Of a stretch of DNA of 62,774 nt, positions 58,701-62,774 are shown in pieces (positions within the stretch are counted from its first letter, which is position 1; each line of letters opens with the position of its first letter). The translations under genes and the position numbers were made by a program. The DNA is from an uncultured Thermoplasmatales archaeon. GTDB lineage: Archaea > Thermoplasmatota > E2 > DHVEG-1. The notes below the pieces were generated by a model, which was not told the DNA's origin, did not search any database, and worked only from the letters and a program-made list of their open reading frames with translations. The stretch spans positions 1 through 62,774 of the forward strand of contig CAYLLH010000049.1 of the NCBI GenBank assembly GCA_964384785.1, in the 5' to 3' direction.

Positions 58701-59394
58701 CTTTTAGTTCCTGGTATCGTTGTGCCTCATCCCGGTCTTTTTTAAGTTGACGTATCCGAGTATTTATCTCATTTAGAATTATTTTAATCCGATCAAGGTT
58801 TTCATCGACATCAATTTTTTCAGTTTCTGCTTTATCTATGTCTTTATCAAAATTACTAATCCCTGCGATATCATCAATGATCCGACGACGGTCAACATTA
58901 CCCATCTCGATAATATTTGTTATATCACCCTGTTTAACAATGTTATATCCATCTCCGCTCATACGAGCATGCTGCAAAAGGTTTTCAAAATCAGAAAAAC
59001 TGCTAGATTTACCATTCACATAAAATCGGCTATAATAGTTATCAGGATCATCTTTTAATGGCGCTCGTTTGATCATACGGGTAAGAACGACTTCATCTTC
59101 ATCTAAAGGCATACGACGTTCATGGTTATCAAAAATCAATGAAACGGTACAGTTTTTTGAGGGGTTCTTATTTTTTTTACCACCATTGAAAATAAGATCA
59201 GTAAGACGCCCGGCACGCATAACCTTAGAGCTCTTGGGTCCTAAAACAAACAGTATAGCATCAGCGATATTGCTTTTACCTGAACCATTTGGCCCTGTTA
59301 TAGCAGTAAAACCTGGGAAAAAAGGAATCTTAAGCTTCTTCCCGAATGATTTAAAATTTTCTAAATGAATTTCTTTAAGATACAAAAGCATCAT
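55765..59394 (-). CDS. smc: chromosome segregation ATPase SMC
   Basis: Walker A GPNGSGKSN, long coiled coils, hinge (GVHGTIAEL..GRATFLPLN), signature LSGGEKS, Walker B FYVLDEVD. An in-frame TTG at 59385, 9 nt after GAGG, would give the canonical MYLKEIHLENFKSFG N-terminus. Confidence 0.95.
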   Translation of the reverse strand: MMLLYLKEIHLENFKSFGKKLKIPFFPGFTAITGPNGSGKSNIADAILFVLGPKSSKVMRAGRLTDLIFNGGKKNKNPSKNCTVSLIFDNHERRMPLDEDEVVLTRMIKRAPLKDDPDNYYSRFYVNGKSSSFSDFENLLQHARMSGDGYNIVKQGDITNIIEMGNVDRRRIIDDIAGISNFDKDIDKAETEKIDVDENLDRIKIILNEINTRIRQLKKDRDEAQRYQELKDQLYEVKAKIATKKKQDVQTQISEVQKQIESYEKEKNSLDEKSRELKEQYHSFQKELDEIEEKIADVGGDEVKEIKEKIENIRGEEIKIEERINFSNNEIRSLKQKNKSLTHRTDEVKEEITQLDEQKQKLETKIMEKKKVFEEKNIELKSIKENIAQTDDKSMDLSHELAKMRKEHDEKNSLVHELKLKRNRFTDKIEALEVQIAELEESFKTYEFELKDIEWQKTEFKKEHGEHSKKTKKLEKELFEKKKEQANLTEQLSDIENSIRRLQREKSKLQAEFEAAERVNQSYNRAVNEILKLRDMGELLGVHGTIAELANVEKKFQTAVEIAAGGRMQSIVVDDDSVAAKAIKYLQSKHMGRATFLPLNKMHSGKPRGNALMAVKDEKSVGFAFDLVDFKEEHKGAFWYVFGDTVVVESLDDARRLMGGVRLVDLKGSLVESSGAMRGGSKPRHSLSFSKKDKGKLLRISEELEKAMHHQDELSEKLKEIKTEITNLENELSSQNIDGKENTLKDLDVRKKEFEKKIEIVKKELDEKNNEKTILVEKKNNVLSEIDETKKRLEELNNLKEEKGKLLLKGTKKELAQKARGFEEEVNNLHDEINSLDSNIETFKKKIELLSEKNEEIQKEISETEEKITEHKNNITTLKKERDMYHDELKTLMNVEQKMTGKIKDFTNKRDSLYKKTVSLENQIDSVNTRIESYYDLISRAKYRLPTLESSVDELDQELKLYDVKLEEEVKLPNVESLKDSVRTIESTMSELEPVNMRALDEYNHQVERKNKLDEDIKHLKDQRKNLVTLVSEITEKKKEKFFEVYDAINKNLKKIYGQLSEGGEAELKLEDQDNVFESGLTIKARPRGKKVLLLSALSGGEKSIASLAFIFAIQQFDPSPFYVLDEVDMFLDGVNAETVSRMVKLNAEDSQFIMVSLRKIALKEANYVYGVTMRDNGVSDMIGNVDPKSVGPKGELHIKQKVKASAAN

Positions 59395-59420
59395 CCCTCA
59401 AAGCATCAAATTTAACCTAT

Positions 59421-59492
59421 CTAACGTTAGCCGAAATAACTAATTTTTACCATCCAATTAAATATTTTTGCATCCCAAACTAACTAACGTTA
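59421..59492. promoter_or_regulatory. pair of TAACGTTAG sites (59421..59429 and 59484..59492, read on the minus strand) bracketing the smc core promoter region
   Basis: Exact 9-mer with the internal 8-bp palindrome TAACGTTA, present twice 63 bp apart. The copies flank the TTGGGATGCA motif and an AT-rich TATA-like tract (59458..59468). Confidence 0.4.
59469..59478 (-). promoter_or_regulatory. TTGGGATGCA motif copy 1 (upstream of smc-scpA-scpB)
   Basis: Exact 10-mer 75-84 nt upstream of the smc ATG, directly followed on the minus strand by AAAATATTTAA. Confidence 0.45.
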
Positions 59493-59581
59493 TATGTAAT
59501 AAACAAACTACTATTTAAACCATAATCAAAGATAGGTTTTTTTAGAGAGAGTAATCAATTTTTTTTGAAATCATATTTCAA

Positions 59582-60793
59582 TCAGTTGATCGGATCTATC
59601 ATTACATTAGAGTTTGAATAGCTATAACCATTATTCACATCTCTACCATATAAATGACGTCCTAAAGGCCTATAATAAAATCCGATATTGTAAACAGAGA
59701 CATCATCAGAATTAATAACTATTTCATCGCCTTTTTGTATTTTACCCCAATTACTAGGTGCATGTAATCCTGAATATGATTCAGTTTCTTTAGTTATAAC
59801 CGCATAATCTATGCCATCAGATGAATAACTGCTTGAAATTGATATATTCACATCAGACCAATAAAAATCGTTAGAGGTTTGTTGTTTCAACTCTGATTTT
59901 GAACTTTTTACAAGTGAAAATGAACCTGCAAGAGGATGTTCTAAAATAATACGTTCATCATCTACAAATTGATATTCAAAACCTCTAATATATATACTAG
60001 AGAAACCAACCGGTAAATTACTATAATCTTTTTCATATTCCTCTGTAGTTGGTTCAATATACAATTTTCCATCACTAAGATACCAGTTTGCTTTAATAGA
60101 ACCACTAGCTTTTTCTATTGTACTAGTTCCAGATGTTGACTCTTCCTCATCTAATGAAGATTTAACACTTTTTACCCATATCGTATCATTAGAACTTGAG
60201 CTACCACACTCTAAAACAGGGTAGGATTCTTCAACAATACGAATTTGAACAGTTCCATCACTTTTGAAATTGTAATACAAATGGGTACTTGAAGGCGAAT
60301 AACTGCTACCATAAACCATACTTACTCCAGAGTTAACAGCTTCCCAATAATCATCTTCACCTGCTATAAAATTACTTTTATCTCCAAGTATTCCACCGAA
60401 ACCAGTTACAAACAGGAACACAAACGTTGAAGCAATAATTACTAAAAAAACTAAAGCTATAGCACCTATCTTTCTTTTAGAGGTTTCATTGAACCTTGGT
60501 TGACCAGGTTGTCTTTTTGGTTTTGCTCTAGGTTTTGGTTTTACTGGTCGACCTGCGATACTTGGCCTTGGTTGATTATTCATCGGTGGTCTTCTTTGAG
60601 CTTGTTGTGTTGGTGGTCTAGCTATTGGTTGAGTAGGCGGCCGGTGTGGTTGTTGATTCTGCCTTTGCGGTTCATCAAAAGGACTACTAGGTCTTGGCGG
60701 CATAGCTTTAGCTGCTGAAAGCCCTGCCCCGCAACTAGTACAAAAACGTGCATCATCAGTTAATGGCGCTCCACATTTTGGGCAATTCTTCAT
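59582..60793 (-). CDS. zinc-ribbon / Pro-rich / single-TM protein with extracytoplasmic beta-rich domain
   Basis: N-terminal CPKCGAPLTDDARFCTSCGA, roughly 90-aa P/Q/R-rich linker (RPPTQ repeats, locally GC-rich), TM IGAIALVFLVIIASTFVFLFV, roughly 270-aa domain. AGGAGA SD upstream. Confidence 0.6.
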   Translation of the reverse strand: MKNCPKCGAPLTDDARFCTSCGAGLSAAKAMPPRPSSPFDEPQRQNQQPHRPPTQPIARPPTQQAQRRPPMNNQPRPSIAGRPVKPKPRAKPKRQPGQPRFNETSKRKIGAIALVFLVIIASTFVFLFVTGFGGILGDKSNFIAGEDDYWEAVNSGVSMVYGSSYSPSSTHLYYNFKSDGTVQIRIVEESYPVLECGSSSSNDTIWVKSVKSSLDEEESTSGTSTIEKASGSIKANWYLSDGKLYIEPTTEEYEKDYSNLPVGFSSIYIRGFEYQFVDDERIILEHPLAGSFSLVKSSKSELKQQTSNDFYWSDVNISISSSYSSDGIDYAVITKETESYSGLHAPSNWGKIQKGDEIVINSDDVSVYNIGFYYRPLGRHLYGRDVNNGYSYSNSNVMIDPIN

Positions 60794-60829
60794 AAAAAAA
60801 TCTCTCCTACAAATTTATAATTTCTTTTC

Positions 60830-60839
60830 TGCATCCCAA
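60830..60839 (-). promoter_or_regulatory. TTGGGATGCA motif copy 2 (upstream of 59582..60793)
   Basis: Exact 10-mer 37-46 nt upstream of the ATG, followed on the minus strand by GAAAAGAAATTATAAATT (TATA-like). Confidence 0.45.
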
Positions 60840-60917
60840 TCCCTTCAATTTTTTACATATGTTACAAACAATATATATTATTTTCCCAATTTTTTTGGTA
60901 ACCATAACAAACTATTC

Positions 60918-61172
60918 TTATTTACTACGAATCCTTCTTTTATTGACAACCTTTTTTTCTATTTTTTCTTCTTTTTCATATTCTGCAATCAATTGATCGA
61001 CTTTTTCCACAACTTCAATATGAAAATCAACAAAATCATCACCAGATGTATTCATCTGTGTGACATTATCATTTGTTTGTGAAAAAGGTTTAGGGTTAAA
61101 ACAAATGTTTTTATCCCTGAGTTTTCCAATAAATCCTTTGTCTAATAAACTAGTCTTAAAGTCTCTACTCAT
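60918..61172 (-). CDS. hypothetical small protein (start uncertain)
   Basis: The track frame 60918..61271 begins with an implausible MFWFFFICYHMCIIICIK segment that contains motif copy 3. ATG 61172 (MSRDFK..) or ATG 61055 (MNTSGDD..) are more plausible starts. Confidence 0.3.
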   Translation of the reverse strand: MSRDFKTSLLDKGFIGKLRDKNICFNPKPFSQTNDNVTQMNTSGDDFVDFHIEVVEKVDQLIAEYEKEEKIEKKVVNKRRIRSK

Positions 61173-61175
61173 ATA

Positions 61176-61185
61176 TGCATCCCAA
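61176..61185 (-). promoter_or_regulatory. TTGGGATGCA motif copy 3
   Basis: Exact 10-mer followed on the minus strand by TATATG. Lies inside the long version of ORF 60918..61271. Confidence 0.4.
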
Positions 61186-61272
61186 CATAAAAACATTTTT
61201 TTACATGTATATATAATTTTTATGCAAATGATTATGCACATATGATAGCATATAAAAAAAAACCAAAACAAG

Positions 61273-61677
61273 TTATACTTTTTTAAGCCTTACAGAGTTA
61301 TCCTTGCCTATCTCAAAAACGATTTTATCACCCTTTGAAATACCGGCTTTTTCAAGAATAAAAGATGGAATATTGGTTTTATCTCCCTCAGCTTTAATAT
61401 TAACATCAAACTCTACATTTTTAAGATTAAATTTTTTTTCAAAGACTTTAAAATCTTTTTCAGTTGTGATAAACTCAAGATTATCAGAAAAAACTGCTTT
61501 TATCAAATTTTTATCTTTCCAATCTGTTATATAATCATTAAGATTATCATTTTTTTCTATAAACTGTATTTTAACTGAATCCTCAGAGGAATCAAATTTT
61601 TTATCGTTATCTTTAAAATCTTTTTTTTCCACGGGTTTTACTTCTTCCTCTTCTTTTATTTCAAATGTTGGACTCAT
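61273..61677 (-). CDS. protein with acidic N-terminal region and C-terminal AbrB/SpoVT-like swapped-hairpin domain
   Basis: C-terminus NIPSFILEKAGISKGDKIVFEIGKDNSVRLKKV fits the AbrB/MazE/SpoVT DNA-binding pattern. Confidence 0.45.
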   Translation of the reverse strand: MSPTFEIKEEEEVKPVEKKDFKDNDKKFDSSEDSVKIQFIEKNDNLNDYITDWKDKNLIKAVFSDNLEFITTEKDFKVFEKKFNLKNVEFDVNIKAEGDKTNIPSFILEKAGISKGDKIVFEIGKDNSVRLKKV

Positions 61678-61781
61678 AATCCCTTATATTCCACCTTTTT
61701 AAGGAATAAACCTTTCTATTTTTTTTGAATGTTTTTAATTGTATTTAAAAGCTCTTAAAAAACAAAAAATTTTTTTTTGAG

Positions 61782-61854
61782 TGCCACGGGAGGGACTTGA
61801 ACCCTCGACATCACGGTCTTCAGCCGTGCACTCTCCCAACTGAGTTACCGTAGC
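61782..61854 (-). tRNA. tRNA-Phe (anticodon GAA)
   Basis: Reverse complement: acceptor GCTACGG/CCGTGGC, D-arm ACTC-AGTTGGGA-GAGT, anticodon stem CACGG/CCGTG with loop CTGAAGA (GAA), T-arm GAGGG-TTCAAGT-CCCTC, discriminator A. Confidence 0.9.
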
Positions 61855-61939
61855 ATATATTGTTAAACTGATTTTATTTTGTCTTCAATAAAAAAACCTA
61901 TATTTATATGTTAACCCTAAAAAAACCAATTTTTTTTTA

Positions 61940-62320
61940 TTATTTTAGTTTTTCTAATAAATCATCAGCGGTGTTTCTAATATTTTCTAATGTTTTTTGT
62001 AGACGGTTCATAATACCTGATACATTCTTCGTTGTTACTGCACCCTGACTAGAAGGTTCCACTAGACCATCCTGTTCTAGAATCCTTAGTGAATATCGTA
62101 CCATGTGTTGAGGGTAACCAGTGAGCTCTGATAGTTTTATAATCCCCATAGGCTGGTTTTCCTGAAGAGTTTTTAACACAGAAATATGTCTTTTAAGAAT
62201 TTCAAGTTCATCATCAATAACACTTGTTAGTGTACATCTATCTTTTTTATTATTTTTCATAATTTTGATAAACTCCTTACAAATTGTTTTATTCTGTGAA
62301 ATAAATCTTAAATCAATCAA
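61940..62320 (-). CDS. archaeal winged-helix transcriptional regulator (COG3388-like)
   Basis: LKRHISVLKTLQENQPMGIIKLSELTGYPQHMVRYSLRILEQDGLVEPSSQGAVTT. Confidence 0.6.
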   Translation of the reverse strand: MIDLRFISQNKTICKEFIKIMKNNKKDRCTLTSVIDDELEILKRHISVLKTLQENQPMGIIKLSELTGYPQHMVRYSLRILEQDGLVEPSSQGAVTTKNVSGIMNRLQKTLENIRNTADDLLEKLK

Positions 62321-62399
62321 TTGTAATAAAACTTCCCTTATTTAAAAATCTCTAGAAAAATAAAGAAAAAAAAATTTTGTTTTTTAGATGAAGTTTTTT

Positions 62400-62774
62400 T
62401 TATTTTTTCTTTTTAACAACAAAGAAAACCACACCTGCTAATATCAGAAGAAGAATTATTCCTCCAACTATAAGCATGGTATTATCATCATCTTCTTTGA
62501 TGTCTTTTTTATCAGAATCATCAGTTTCATCAGGTTGTTGATCCCCGGATGTATCATCTTCGTATTGTGTTGTTGCACCAGTAGTTTCATTGTACAAATA
62601 ATCTATTTCTCCGTTGCCATCAGAATCAATCATATAGTTGCTATCGTTATCCTGAGTGACTGTTGTCTTGTTACCTGTTTCTTTGTTTTCAAATGAATCA
62701 TAAACATTATCATCATCAGAGTCTTGTAGATATCCAATAAATGATCCATTATGTTCAATTTTTATTGTGTTTAT
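62400..62774 (-). CDS. C-terminal part of a surface protein (5' end beyond the window) with acidic Ca-binding-like motif and C-terminal TM anchor
   Basis: The frame stays open from the window edge (62774) to the stop. DSDGNGEIDYLYNE resembles DxDxDG loops. C-terminal LIVGGIILLLILAGVVFFVVKKKK. Confidence 0.55.
   Translation of the reverse strand: MNTIKIEHNGSFIGYLQDSDDDNVYDSFENKETGNKTTVTQDNDSNYMIDSDGNGEIDYLYNETTGATTQYEDDTSGDQQPDETDDSDKKDIKEDDDNTMLIVGGIILLLILAGVVFFVVKKKK

Noticed and set aside
55244-59368. Plus-strand ORFs inside scpA and smc (55244..55516, 55411..55668, 57461..57727, 57493..57876, 58262..58543, 58838..59023, 59069..59368)
   Set aside because: They are antisense to the unambiguous SMC/ScpA frames. 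Long stop-free antisense frames are expected opposite Lys/Glu-rich coiled-coil coding sequence. The same reasoning applies to the antisense ORFs within 24185..24898, 41537..42401, 49301..50704 and other strongly supported genes.

Overview
Strongly AT-rich archaeal chromosome segment, densely coding on both strands. Archaeal hallmarks are unambiguous: Orc1/Cdc6, primase PriS next to a GINS subunit, RadA, an RPA-like OB protein, aIF2-alpha, Nop10, ribosomal L44e and S27e, a PAC2 proteasome chaperone, a Fap7-type kinase, a UbiA-type DGGGP synthase, a CDP-alcohol phosphatidyltransferase and SMC-ScpA-ScpB. The window combines a compact information-processing core with salvage-type metabolism (Ndk, dCMP deaminase, SHMT, Kbl-like, NAD-kinase-like). 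It also holds many Lys/Glu-rich membrane and surface proteins with no recognisable family. Together this suggests a small-genome, possibly DPANN-like archaeon, but that is inference only. GGAGGTGA-type Shine-Dalgarno sites are frequent and some genes seem to start with GTG or TTG. I call 3 tRNAs (Pro-TGG, Val-TAC, Phe-GAA), about 65 CDS and a few repeat or regulatory candidates. Two of the CDS are conserved small genes missing from the ORF track (Nop10, S27e). I saw no rRNA, CRISPR array, transposase, integrase or reverse transcriptase. Best hunting leads: (1) a bacterial-type tRNA-guanine(34) transglycosylase divergently paired with a YhhQ-type 7-deazaguanine transporter in this archaeal context; (2) a six-gene thiol-redox cluster whose last three genes are translationally coupled and put a NapH-like Fe-S polyferredoxin membrane protein where a CcdA/DsbD conduit would be expected; (3) an orphan GC/purine-rich structured island with alternative hairpins, tandem perfect SD sites and a 24-codon ORF; (4) an exact G+C-rich 10-mer shared by three consecutive upstream regions, including that of smc-scpAB; (5) tandem UbiA-like paralogues with a degenerate first Asp motif next to a KaiC-like/V4R pair; (6) a double bactofilin-like beta-helix protein with a central hydrophobic helix. 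All functional calls rest on motif recognition by eye; no searches were run.
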